A stretch of DNA of 64,000 bases, taken from the NCBI GenBank assembly GCA_964531475.1, contig CAZHCS010000001.1, positions 14,712-78,711 on the forward strand, read 5' to 3'. The translations under genes were made by a program, and so were the position numbers. The stretch's first letter is position 1. Each line of letters begins with the position of its first letter. Shown piece by piece: positions 1-8,330 of this stretch. The DNA is from an uncultured Candidatus Saccharibacteria bacterium. GTDB taxonomy: Bacteria; Patescibacteriota; Minisyncoccia; Phycocordibacterales; CSBR16-119. The notes beneath the pieces were generated by a model. It had not been told where the DNA came from, did not search any database, and was given only the letters and a program-made list of their open reading frames with translations.

Positions 1-108
1 CGAGCCATGTATATGGGTGCGGTCGGACGCGTCCACGTATGATGTCTCGAAGGTAGGGCAGATTTCCGACGATAGCAAGTCCGGCGGCGATGATCGCAAT
101 GGTTAATT

Positions 109-993
109 TCATACAGATCTATTGTACCAAGTTATTCTGTTGTCTTTGCGAAACCATGTGCGCTGTCTTTTTGCGTACTGCCAGATTTTCGTCTTGAGAA
201 TATCTTTCATTTCGTCTTCCGAAATTTTACCCTGGAGGAACTTCGCAATGTAGCGGTATTCTAGTCCGAAGTTTTCAAGTCTTTCCCAAGAGACTCCTCC
301 GCCAGCTGGCGGATTCGCATGGAGTTTTCTTACCTCATCTACCATGCCAAGTTCGAGGCGCTTCTCGATACGTTTGGCAATGCGCTCTTTCAAGATTTCG
401 TCAGGGAAGTCGAGACCGATGAGCTCGAAATCATAGTTCTGTGGGCCGTATTTCACTGCAGGAATGACGCCGAGGGCGCGTCCGAGCTCAATAGCGCGGA
501 TAACCCGGCGTTTGTTTTCTGTGTCGATTTTTGCGCCTTCTTCTTTTGGGATGCTTAGCAGGATTTCTTGGAGTTCTTCTAGGCTTTTTCCTTGGAGCTC
601 TTTGCGAAGTATCGGATCGGCCGGAGCGGCGGGGAAAACTGGGTTATCGACGACGGCCTGGATGAAGTACCCCGTTCCGCCGCAAATGATGGGTGTCTTG
701 CCGCGAGAGAGAATTTCTTCGATTTTTTCAAAAGCGAGTCTTTGGTATTCCTCAACAGAAAAATCTTCATGCGGATCGCGAATATCTAGGAGGTGGTGGG
801 GAACACCTTTCATTTCTTTGTGGGTTATTTTCCCAGTACCAAGATCCATCCCGCGGTACACTTGGCGTGAGTCGGCCGAGATGATTTCGCCTCCGCCAGC
901 TGGCGGATTGAGCTCCAAAGTCAAATTTACAGCGTAATCAGATTTACCAGTCGCTGTCGGGCCGAGGATGATGTAAACTTTTGGCTTTTCCAT
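109..993 (-). CDS. miaA: tRNA dimethylallyltransferase (MiaA)
   Basis: 294 aa. N-terminal P-loop IILGPTATGKS and the ISADSRQVYRGMDLGTGK motif are typical of MiaA. It carries two in-frame NPPAGGG inserts. Confidence 0.85.
   Translation of the reverse strand: MEKPKVYIILGPTATGKSDYAVNLTLELNPPAGGGEIISADSRQVYRGMDLGTGKITHKEMKGVPHHLLDIRDPHEDFSVEEYQRLAFEKIEEILSRGKTPIICGGTGYFIQAVVDNPVFPAAPADPILRKELQGKSLEELQEILLSIPKEEGAKIDTENKRRVIRAIELGRALGVIPAVKYGPQNYDFELIGLDFPDEILKERIAKRIEKRLELGMVDEVRKLHANPPAGGGVSWERLENFGLEYRYIAKFLQGKISEDEMKDILKTKIWQYAKRQRTWFRKDNRITWYNRSV
296..315 (-). repeat. P1 palindromic insert CCTCCGCCAGCTGGCGGATT (copy 1), in-frame in miaA
   Basis: A 20-nt sequence identical to 890-909. Its 14-bp core CCGCCAGCTGGCGG is a perfect palindrome. 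On the coding strand it encodes NPPAGGG. Confidence 0.8.
890..909 (-). repeat. P1 palindromic insert (copy 2), in-frame in miaA
   Basis: Identical to 296-315. It encodes LNPPAGGGE, inserted just before the conserved IISADS motif. Confidence 0.8.
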
Positions 994-1074
994 ATGGTTG
1001 ACAATACAGGAAAAATTCTTAGAATCAAAGCGTACCGTTTACTTCACCGTCCTCATCCTCGGACAAGAAAACCT

Positions 1075-1500
1075 CTACGAGGTACCCCCCCCGAGAAAGT
1101 AGTCCGGGTCGTAAGGAGTAGCGACCCAGTTGGCGTGAATCGATTGAACGGATAGTCCGCAGTGATGCGATGCATTCCCGAATATCGATTGGACAACATA
1201 CCGGTTTCCGGTGCAATAAGCCAAGATCTGGAAAAACGACTCTAGGTACACCATTTCTTTTTCTCCGTTCTTTGAATGTTTAGCACGAATAAGCGACATC
1301 TTTTGGTGAGCGCTAGCATCTCTGGCACGCGAATGGCCAATAACCTTTACGAGTAAGACGAAGATCCGGTCACACGGATTGGAGGTCGATATGTACAGCG
1401 GTACCGCTCTGCATGTCCCGTCAAAGGGAAAGTATTTAGATGTTTCGTGCAAGCCATGCGACACGGTTTCGTATGGTGGGCGTATCAGAGGCGGATCCAT
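1075..1500 (-). CDS. hypothetical protein
   Basis: 141-aa ORF with no motif I recognise. Confidence 0.3.
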   Translation of the reverse strand: MDPPLIRPPYETVSHGLHETSKYFPFDGTCRAVPLYISTSNPCDRIFVLLVKVIGHSRARDASAHQKMSLIRAKHSKNGEKEMVYLESFFQILAYCTGNRYVVQSIFGNASHHCGLSVQSIHANWVATPYDPDYFLGGGTS

Positions 1501-1775
1501 TGCGGTCCGCCTCTTCGTTTTAATGATGATTATCCGCTTGACACTTATTTTGAAAGGAGTAGTATTTATCCATAACCCGCTGCTCTCTACGGGAGAGCAT
1601 GGGGCGGTTCTTTGGAAGCCTAGGCTTTTTCAGGTCAATCGAGCCTGTGCGCGCAATGCGGCGGAGTTTTTACTTCGCTGATCACCTAACACGCATCGAT
1701 TGGTTTTTGGACTAGTCAGCGGACCTTGTGCCCGTGAGCTCAAGGGAATTCTGGGAACCATGTGCCCCAAAGCAA

Positions 1776-1811
1776 AAAGGGCGACTGCGCAAGCAGTCGC
1801 CCTTTGTTTTT
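1776..1811. terminator. intrinsic terminator hairpin (bidirectional)
   Basis: GGGCGACTGC-gcaa-GCAGTCGCCC followed by TTTGTTTTT. It lies downstream of tRNA-Leu on the minus strand. Confidence 0.6.
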
Positions 1812-1812
1812 G

Positions 1813-1894
1813 TGCCGGAGAGAGGAATCGAACCTCCACCCCTTTCGAGACACGATTTTGAGTCGTGCGCGTCTACCAATTCCGCCACTCCGGC
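1813..1894 (-). tRNA. tRNA-Leu(CAA)
   Basis: On the minus strand: GCCGGAG acceptor, D-arm GCGGAATTGGTAGACGC, anticodon stem CACGA/TCGTG with loop CTCAAAA (anticodon CAA), a long variable arm, T-arm GGAGGTTCGATTCCTCT. No CCA is encoded. Confidence 0.8.
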
Positions 1895-1970
1895 AAAGAT
1901 GGAGAAATTCTACTTCACTTTCCCCTAAAATACAACTACTCCTCGTAGTCTTGTATGCTAAAATATCCTC

Positions 1971-2993
1971 ATGCAAAAAAGCGATCTGGTTTCTGAATCG
2001 ATATATTTCATCGAAGTCGACAAAATAGTCCCAAACCCTTATCAGCCTCGACGCGAGTTTGACGAGGCGCGACTCAAAGATTTGGCCGACTCTATACGCC
2101 AATATGGCGTTTTACAACCGCTCGTAGTTTCGCGGCTTGAAAGTCCGAACGACCATGGCGGTTTTTCGGTAACATATGAACTTATCGCCGGCGAACGCAG
2201 GCTTCGCGCTTCGCGCCTTGCCGGTCTCTCACAGGTTCCGGCCGTCATCAGAAAAGAGCAGGATCCGATGATGAAGCTCGAGCTCGCCATCATCGAAAAC
2301 CTGCAGCGCGAGGATTTGAACCCAATAGATCGTGCGCGATCTTTTATGCGTCTTGCGACAGAATTTAATCTCTCACATGCTGAAATCGGTAGAAAGGTGG
2401 GCAAGTCACGCGAATACGTTTCGAATAGTTTGCGCATGTTACAGATGCCGCAAGAGATCATCGACGGCTTGTCTGCGGGAAAAATAAACGAAGGTCACAC
2501 CCGCCCGCTTTTGATGCTAAATGATCGTCCCGAAGAACAAGCAGTACTCTTTAAAGAGATCGTTTACAAGAAAATGACGGTTCGCGAAGCAGAACGTATT
2601 GCTCGAGGTATTGCCAAGGAAAAGGTAAGGAAGCATGAACTTTTGCCTGATCCAGAAATCGAAGAAATGCAGAATCGTTTGCAAGAATCCTTGGGCACGC
2701 GCGTACATATCGATCGCAAAGACGTTGGGGGCAAGATCACGATAGACTTTTTCTCACGGCAGGATCTAGAAGATTTGCTGCGCTTGCTAGAGTCCGGAGA
2801 GGCAACCGGTGTAGACAAGTTGACACGTCATATCGAAAGCCAGCCAGTTGCTACCTTAACAGAAGCCGCTCCCGCGCCGGCTACGACCGATGTACTCGAG
2901 GAAGCAGAAATGCTCGATGATCGTTCTGTTGAAGAAAAGAAAAAATCAGAAGAAGATACCGACTTGTATAGTATTACGAATTTCTCGCTCTAG
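1971..2993 (+). CDS. parB: chromosome partitioning protein ParB/Spo0J
   Basis: 340 aa. Contains the ParB box LIAGERRLRASRLAGL and a helix-turn-helix. No adjacent parA. Confidence 0.85.
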   Translation: MQKSDLVSESIYFIEVDKIVPNPYQPRREFDEARLKDLADSIRQYGVLQPLVVSRLESPNDHGGFSVTYELIAGERRLRASRLAGLSQVPAVIRKEQDPMMKLELAIIENLQREDLNPIDRARSFMRLATEFNLSHAEIGRKVGKSREYVSNSLRMLQMPQEIIDGLSAGKINEGHTRPLLMLNDRPEEQAVLFKEIVYKKMTVREAERIARGIAKEKVRKHELLPDPEIEEMQNRLQESLGTRVHIDRKDVGGKITIDFFSRQDLEDLLRLLESGEATGVDKLTRHIESQPVATLTEAAPAPATTDVLEEAEMLDDRSVEEKKKSEEDTDLYSITNFSL

Positions 2994-2999
2994 TCACGA

Positions 3000-4454
3000 T
3001 TAGCGGAAGCGGTTCATAAATTTATTGAGGAGGCTGTTCTCGTCGAGATAGCGACGAATATGGCGGCGTGCAAGCGTAGTTTTGGCGGCGTCGAGCCATT
3101 TGCCATTTGGAACAGCTTTTTCGTTTGTTTCGACGACTACAATGTCGCCGTTGTGGAGTTTTGTATCCAATTTTGAATATTTGCCGTTTACTTTTGCACC
3201 ACTTGCATGGTTGCCTATATCGGAATGGATGGCGTAAGCAAAGTCGATTACCGAAGATTGCTCGGGTAGGTCGATAACGGCGCCTTTGGGGGTAAATACG
3301 AAGATACGTTTTGAGAAAAAGTCTATTTTAAGATTTTCCAAAAAGGCTGATGGTTTGGCAACGTTTTTCTGCAACTCTTTGAACTGTTCAATCCAGCCCG
3401 TGTGGGTTTGGTTTTTATTGAAACCTTCTTTGTAGGCGAAAAAAGAGGCTATACCATGCTCGGCCTGCTCGTGCATCTTAGGCGTTCTTATTTGTATTTC
3501 TACTACTCCGCCTTCGCCAGTGAAAATTGTCGTGTGCAGGCTCTTGTAGCCGTTCGGCTTTGGAAGGGCAATGAAATCTTTGATGCGACCAGGTACTGGC
3601 TTCCAAAGACCATGTATGATCCCGAGCGCCTGATAGCAGGTTTCGATAGTAGGAACAATGATGCGCAGCGCGACAATATCATAGACTTTGTCTATATCCA
3701 TGTCGCGCTTTTTTAATTTTTTATAAAGGCTATAGGTGCCCTTGACGCGTGAGCTAGTGCCAATGATAGGGACATTGTGCTTTTCGAATTCGCCCATCAG
3801 TGTTGCTCGAACATGTTCGAGATGGCTCTCGTCGCTGCGGCTTTTATGGCGGAGCAGATCTTCGACTTCGGCCGCTTCTTTGGGAAATGCGTAGGGGAAG
3901 GCTAAGTCCTCGAGCTCGCCTTTTAGTCTCCACATGCCGAGTCGGTTTGCCATCGGAGCGTGAATCTCGATAGTTTCGAGCGCGATACGTTTTTGCTTGT
4001 TTGGCGGCACGTGTTGGAGTGTTTGCATGTTGTGAAGCCTGTCTGCCAATTTGACCATGATGACGCGGACATCTTCGGCCATGGCGACGAAAAACTTGCG
4101 CAAGCTTTCGACATGGCGCTCTTCACCCCGGTATTTGACCTTGCCGAGTTTGGTTACGCCGTTTACTAGGAACAAAACGTCTGGGCCGAATTCGCGCTCG
4201 ACGTCTTCTTCGGTCGCGCGACCGTCTTCGATAGTATCGTGCAAGAGTCCGGCGATTATGGTTTTTACATCGGCACCGAGTCCGGCTAAAATTTTTCCGA
4301 CCTCGAATACATGATTGAAATACGGTTCGCCGCTGGCACGTTTTTGCCCGTCGTGAGCTTTTTCGGCAAAGTCATAGGCACGCCGGATCCAGGTTTGATC
4401 TGTTTCGCTTGGCGGGTTTGGCATTTTTGAGTAGATTTCATCGACGCGGGTCAT
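3000..4454 (-). CDS. rel: bifunctional (p)ppGpp synthetase/hydrolase Rel (RelA/SpoT family), C-terminally short
   Basis: HD hydrolase motif (HDTIEDG), synthetase motif (RIKDFIALPKPNGYKSLHTTI) and a TGS domain are present. The ACT domain is absent. The likely start is MTRVDE at 4454; the ORF-track start is 4496. Confidence 0.85.
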   Translation of the reverse strand: MTRVDEIYSKMPNPPSETDQTWIRRAYDFAEKAHDGQKRASGEPYFNHVFEVGKILAGLGADVKTIIAGLLHDTIEDGRATEEDVEREFGPDVLFLVNGVTKLGKVKYRGEERHVESLRKFFVAMAEDVRVIMVKLADRLHNMQTLQHVPPNKQKRIALETIEIHAPMANRLGMWRLKGELEDLAFPYAFPKEAAEVEDLLRHKSRSDESHLEHVRATLMGEFEKHNVPIIGTSSRVKGTYSLYKKLKKRDMDIDKVYDIVALRIIVPTIETCYQALGIIHGLWKPVPGRIKDFIALPKPNGYKSLHTTIFTGEGGVVEIQIRTPKMHEQAEHGIASFFAYKEGFNKNQTHTGWIEQFKELQKNVAKPSAFLENLKIDFFSKRIFVFTPKGAVIDLPEQSSVIDFAYAIHSDIGNHASGAKVNGKYSKLDTKLHNGDIVVVETNEKAVPNGKWLDAAKTTLARRHIRRYLDENSLLNKFMNRFR

Positions 4455-4495
4455 GGAGCCTATTATACATGATTTTTCTAGCCTATCGCTCCGCA

Positions 4496-4563
4496 AAACT
4501 GTGTTTCTTTACCCTGCGGGAGCGTGTCTGCGCACTAGGTCCTCGGGTTCAGAAACACAGTTT
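4496..4563. other. 13-bp inverted repeat (AAACTGTGTTTCT / AGAAACACAGTTT) enclosing a 42-nt loop, in the rel-lepA divergent intergenic region
   Basis: The two arms are perfect reverse complements. Possible regulatory RNA structure or operator. Confidence 0.5.
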
Positions 4564-4605
4564 TACTTCGCTGCGACCCTTTATTTTTCGTCATTTTCTG
4601 GTAAT

Positions 4606-6420
4606 ATGCAGATATTCATGGACCTCCGCCATATCCGCAATTTCAGCATTATCGCCCATATCGACCACGGGAAAAGCACCCTGGCCGATCGTCTTTTGGA
4701 ATTGACCAATACTATTGAAAAGCGAAAGATGCAAGACCAGGTCCTCGACAACATGGAGCTCGAACGCGAGCGTGGCATCACGATCAAGATGCAGCCGGTT
4801 AGAATGCAGCACAATGTTGATGGGCAGGATTATGTTTTTAATCTCATCGACACCCCGGGGCATATCGACTTTTCCTACGAAGTCTCCCGCGCCCTAAATG
4901 CCGTCGAAGGCTCTATACTGCTCGTTGACTCAACTCAGGGTGTCCAGGCTCAGACTTTTACGACTCTTGGGATGGCGCAAAAATCTGGGCTTACTATTAT
5001 TCCTGTATTATCGAAAATCGACTCTCCGCTTTCACGTGTAGACGAGGTCAAGGCCGAAGTTGCTAAGGTATTGCAGTGTTCGGAAGACGAAATACTTTGC
5101 GTTTCGGGTCGCACCGGAGAAGGTGTGTCGAAGTTGCTCGAAGAGATAGTTCGTCGTGTACCGGCGCCAAAACAAGAATCTATCCAGGACGGACTACGTT
5201 CGCTCGTGTTTGATTTTCAATATTCAAATCACAAGGGAGTCATTGTTTATGTTCGCGTCACCGATGGACAAGTTAAAAAAGGCGATACTCTCATATTTAC
5301 ATCGGCCAAAGAAAAATTTATTGCACTCGAAGTTGGGACGTTTAGTCCAAGCCCGGTTGCCAAGGACATTTTATCTGCTGGCGAGATTGGCTATATCGTG
5401 ACTGGTATCAAAAAGCCCGGTATCGCATCGGTTGGCGACACAGTCACGCTCGAGAAAAAGCCGCTCCCAGCTTTGCCAGGCTATATGACGCCACGGCCGG
5501 TCGTCTGGGCGTCTGTATATCCGGAAAGTCAGGATGATTTTGACGAACTGCGCGCGTCGCTCGGGAAATTGAAGCTCTCTGATTCGTCGCTGACATACGA
5601 AGAAGAATCGAGCGGTGCGCTCGGGCGAGGTTTTCGCTGCGGACTGCTTGGTATGCTGCACTTGGAGATTATTACAGAGCGATTAAAACGTGAATTTAAT
5701 CTTGCTCTTGTAGTTACGACACCTTCTATAACTTACCGGGTAAAATATCGCAACGGCAAGGAAGAAATGATCTATTCGCCGCATACTTTTCCAAACGATG
5801 GAGATATATCCGAAGTTTCGGAGCCTTGGGTGACAGTTAAGATAATAACCCCGACTGATTATTTGGGTCCTATAATGACTCTTCTTTTCGAACACGAGGC
5901 CGAAGCAAAAGACGTCGAGAATTTTGGTGATAATCGTGGCGCGCTTCTTGTTGAGATGCCGCTTCGAGAGATGATGCGTAACTTTTTTGATAATTTGAAA
6001 TCCGTTTCGTCAGGCTACGCGTCTATTTCGTACGAGATTGGCGAGTATCGTCCAGCTGATGTTGTGCGGCTTGATATCCTCGTCGCTGATGAACCGATCA
6101 TGGCATTCGCTCGCGTCGTCTCGCGTCGTCGTGTTCAAGAAGAAGCTGAACAGGCGGTGCAAAAACTCCACGCTGCGCTCCCGCGACAAATGTTCGTGGC
6201 GAAAATCCAAGGCAAGGCTCTAGGGCGCATATTGGCGTCGGAAACTCTCAAGGCTTTTAGGAAAGATGTCACTCAGCATATGTATGGTGGCGATATCACT
6301 CGTAAAATGAAGCTGCGCGAAAAACAAAAGAAAGGTAAGAAAAAAATGGCCGACCGCGGCAAGGTTAATATCCCGCATGAGGTGTTCTTGAAGATGATGA
6401 GAGGGGGAAGCGACAATTAG
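4606..6420 (+). CDS. lepA: elongation factor 4 (LepA)
   Basis: MQIFMDLRHIRNFSIIAHIDHGKST and a GTPase domain. The ORF-track start at 4453 is an upstream in-frame extension. Confidence 0.9.
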   Translation: MQIFMDLRHIRNFSIIAHIDHGKSTLADRLLELTNTIEKRKMQDQVLDNMELERERGITIKMQPVRMQHNVDGQDYVFNLIDTPGHIDFSYEVSRALNAVEGSILLVDSTQGVQAQTFTTLGMAQKSGLTIIPVLSKIDSPLSRVDEVKAEVAKVLQCSEDEILCVSGRTGEGVSKLLEEIVRRVPAPKQESIQDGLRSLVFDFQYSNHKGVIVYVRVTDGQVKKGDTLIFTSAKEKFIALEVGTFSPSPVAKDILSAGEIGYIVTGIKKPGIASVGDTVTLEKKPLPALPGYMTPRPVVWASVYPESQDDFDELRASLGKLKLSDSSLTYEEESSGALGRGFRCGLLGMLHLEIITERLKREFNLALVVTTPSITYRVKYRNGKEEMIYSPHTFPNDGDISEVSEPWVTVKIITPTDYLGPIMTLLFEHEAEAKDVENFGDNRGALLVEMPLREMMRNFFDNLKSVSSGYASISYEIGEYRPADVVRLDILVADEPIMAFARVVSRRRVQEEAEQAVQKLHAALPRQMFVAKIQGKALGRILASETLKAFRKDVTQHMYGGDITRKMKLREKQKKGKKKMADRGKVNIPHEVFLKMMRGGSDN

Positions 6421-6422
6421 TA

Positions 6423-6450
6423 TTGACTTTTAATAAGACTTGTGTATAAT
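6423..6450 (+). promoter_or_regulatory. sigma70-type promoter (TTGACT-16-TATAAT)
   Basis: -35 TTGACT at 6423-6428 and -10 TATAAT at 6445-6450, 17 nt before the ATG at 6468. Confidence 0.5.
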
Positions 6451-6467
6451 GTTCAAAAACGAACATC

Positions 6468-7271
6468 ATGCACATCGTAAGGATCATACCAGCAAGTGAA
6501 AAGGGCTTTGCAGGGCTACTCGAAGTTGCAGCTACGGGTGACAGGATTTATCTCGGTACCGAGCAAGATCTTGGTGACATTCATGTTGCAACATGGGGGC
6601 TTGGCAAACGTGGCCCCATCGTTGCCGTTGGCAACCAGCTCAAGTACTTCAATGGCAGCACTATTTATGTGGGCCTTGACGAGGGCGAGCAATGGCAACC
6701 GGCTGGCGATGGAGTCGTTGTGAGGAAGCCAGAGGGCTTCTACTATATCGACGAGAACAAGGGCAACCGGCCCATCTGCACTATCGTGAACCGGCGCGCA
6801 TGGCAAGTATCCCAGACAGGGGTGCTGATCGATGAGGGCTCGGATGACGAGCTCATGCTGGTCGAATACGGATTCGACGGCAGTCGCAAGGTCCACTTTA
6901 TTTCTGAGAAAGGCTCGGAGGACGCAGCTGCGGCCAGTTGGGCAGCACATCACACAGAAGGTGTCCTCGTCGACATTGGGAATCATGAGGGGTACAAGGT
7001 CGCTCACGTGATCAATAATGGTAATCGAGTCATCGTTTACGACGAGCTCAAGCATGGACCGGTTGATGAAGGCAGTTGGTATGCGCACCCAATTGGTATC
7101 GTAGGTTTACGATCGGGTGAGTTGCGAGTCAGCGACGAAGCCGGTACTCGCCTACTTTCCAAGGGCGACTGGGGCCGCTGTCTGGTTTCAACCCCGACCT
7201 TGCCTGGTGTTCTGTACGTTGCGCGTGAGAACTACAAGGATGTCTACTACTTTCTCGTTCACAAGGACTGA
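6468..7271 (+). CDS. hypothetical protein (GC-richer than surroundings)
   Basis: 267-aa ORF with no recognisable motifs. It has its own consensus promoter and terminator. Confidence 0.5.
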   Translation: MHIVRIIPASEKGFAGLLEVAATGDRIYLGTEQDLGDIHVATWGLGKRGPIVAVGNQLKYFNGSTIYVGLDEGEQWQPAGDGVVVRKPEGFYYIDENKGNRPICTIVNRRAWQVSQTGVLIDEGSDDELMLVEYGFDGSRKVHFISEKGSEDAAAASWAAHHTEGVLVDIGNHEGYKVAHVINNGNRVIVYDELKHGPVDEGSWYAHPIGIVGLRSGELRVSDEAGTRLLSKGDWGRCLVSTPTLPGVLYVARENYKDVYYFLVHKD

Positions 7272-7292
7272 AGGTTGCTCCTTTTGAAAAAG

Positions 7293-7320
7293 CCCCCGAT
7301 TCGTCGGGGGTCTTTTCTTT
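7293..7320. terminator. bidirectional intrinsic terminator
   Basis: CCCCCGA-ttcg-TCGGGGG followed by TCTTTTCTTT, with an A-run on the other side. It serves the convergent 6468 gene and the small minus-strand ORF. Confidence 0.7.
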
Positions 7321-7352
7321 GCGCTAACGGCCAATGGCTCATAGCTAACGGC

Positions 7353-7459
7353 TACCTGAAAATCGGCGCGTAGAGGAGGATCATCGAGATGATAACCACA
7401 ACTGCGAGTACCGACCAGGCGACCTGAATCTTTTTCTTGTGCTTAGGATTGAACATCAT
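7353..7459 (-). CDS. small hydrophobic peptide (35 aa, MMFNPKHKKKIQVAWSVLAVVVIISMILLYAPIFR)
   Basis: Too short for the ORF track. A TTGCCC-17-TATAAT promoter (plus-strand 7469-7497) precedes it, and it shares the convergent terminator with the 6468 gene. Confidence 0.4.
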
Positions 7460-7489
7460 AACGGGGTCATTATACGTGTTTTGGTCTTA

Positions 7490-7518
7490 TTGGGCAACAG
7501 GGATAGCTTTGGTATAGT
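7490..7518 (+). promoter_or_regulatory. promoter-like TTGGGC-17-TATAGT, 6 nt upstream of the ATG at 7525 (leaderless)
   Basis: Face-to-face with the minus-strand promoter of the small ORF. Confidence 0.4.
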
Positions 7519-7524
7519 AGGGCT

Positions 7525-7905
7525 ATGTCGAGTCTCAAAAAACAGCGTTTAGTGAGTCGTTTGGCGCGTTCGCCAATGTCTTATGTCACCCTGTTTTTGT
7601 TATCCGCACTTTTTATTTGGAGTGCTACAGGGGCATATAGTAAAAGCCGTTTGGCGAAAGAGCGGCTCGAGAGTGCCAGAGGGCGCCTTTTGGCTATGGA
7701 AGAACAGCGGAGCAAGCTTGCCGCTGACTTGGAGTATGCCAACACGCCTTTTGGCGAGGAAAAAGCTCTGCGTGAGAAATTTAATGTCGTCAAAGAAGGT
7801 GAAAACGTAATAATGATAGTCGAAGAAGAACCTGTGGCTGAAACCAAGACTACAGAAAATATGGGCCGCTTCGAGGCCTGGCTCCGTAAAATCTTTGGAC
7901 GATGA
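7525..7905 (+). CDS. septum formation initiator-like protein (FtsL/DivIC/FtsB family)
   Basis: 126 aa. Short N-terminus, one transmembrane segment, then a coiled-coil (LAKERLESARGRLLAMEEQRSKL). Confidence 0.5.
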   Translation: MSSLKKQRLVSRLARSPMSYVTLFLLSALFIWSATGAYSKSRLAKERLESARGRLLAMEEQRSKLAADLEYANTPFGEEKALREKFNVVKEGENVIMIVEEEPVAETKTTENMGRFEAWLRKIFGR

Positions 7906-7959
7906 TTTTCTTTTACGTTCTGGTATAATGCGGTGACATTAGTAATTAAGATATTCACT

Positions 7960-8220
7960 ATGAAATCAGTCAGCATTTATACGACTCCAACCTGCCATTT
8001 TTGCCAGATGGCCAAAGAATTTTTCAAGGCAAATGGTGTCGAATATAGCGAGTACAATGTTGCCGGTGACGAGGCGAAGCGCGCCGAGATGATAGAAAAG
8101 TCAGGACAGATGGGTGTGCCGGTTATTTTTGTCGGTGAAGATATGGTTATTGGTTTTAACGAGCCAAAGCTCAAGACACTTCTAGCTGACCAGATGGGCG
8201 GCATGCAGGCCGCAGCCTAA
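7960..8220 (+). CDS. glutaredoxin-like protein (NrdH/Grx family)
   Basis: MKSVSIYTTPTCHFCQ contains a CxxC active site; thioredoxin fold. An extended -10 (TGgTATAAT) lies at 7921-7929. Confidence 0.7.
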   Translation: MKSVSIYTTPTCHFCQMAKEFFKANGVEYSEYNVAGDEAKRAEMIEKSGQMGVPVIFVGEDMVIGFNEPKLKTLLADQMGGMQAAA

Positions 8221-8258
8221 GTGGTCGGAGTGCGGACGATATGCTAGGATGTCCGCGC

Positions 8259-8330
8259 GCCCCCATAGTTCAATGGATAGAACAGTTCCGTCCTAAGGAG
8301 TAGATGTACGTTCGATTCGTACTGGGGGCA
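8259..8330 (+). tRNA. tRNA-Arg(CCT)
   Basis: GCCCCCA/TGGGGGC acceptor, D-arm GTTCAATGGATAGAAC, anticodon loop GTCCTAA (anticodon CCT), T-arm GTACGTTCGATTCGTAC. No CCA encoded. Confidence 0.8.

Noticed and set aside
1538-1572. Possible oriC next to parB (TTATCCATA, a DnaA-box-like 9-mer)
   Set aside because: Only a single near-consensus box is present, with no cluster, no dnaA/dnaN, and no AT-rich unwinding element.
4453-4605. 52-codon N-terminal extension of LepA from the ORF track
   Set aside because: The conserved LepA N-terminus starts at MQIFMDLRHIRNF. The extension covers the intergenic hairpin and is not protein-like.
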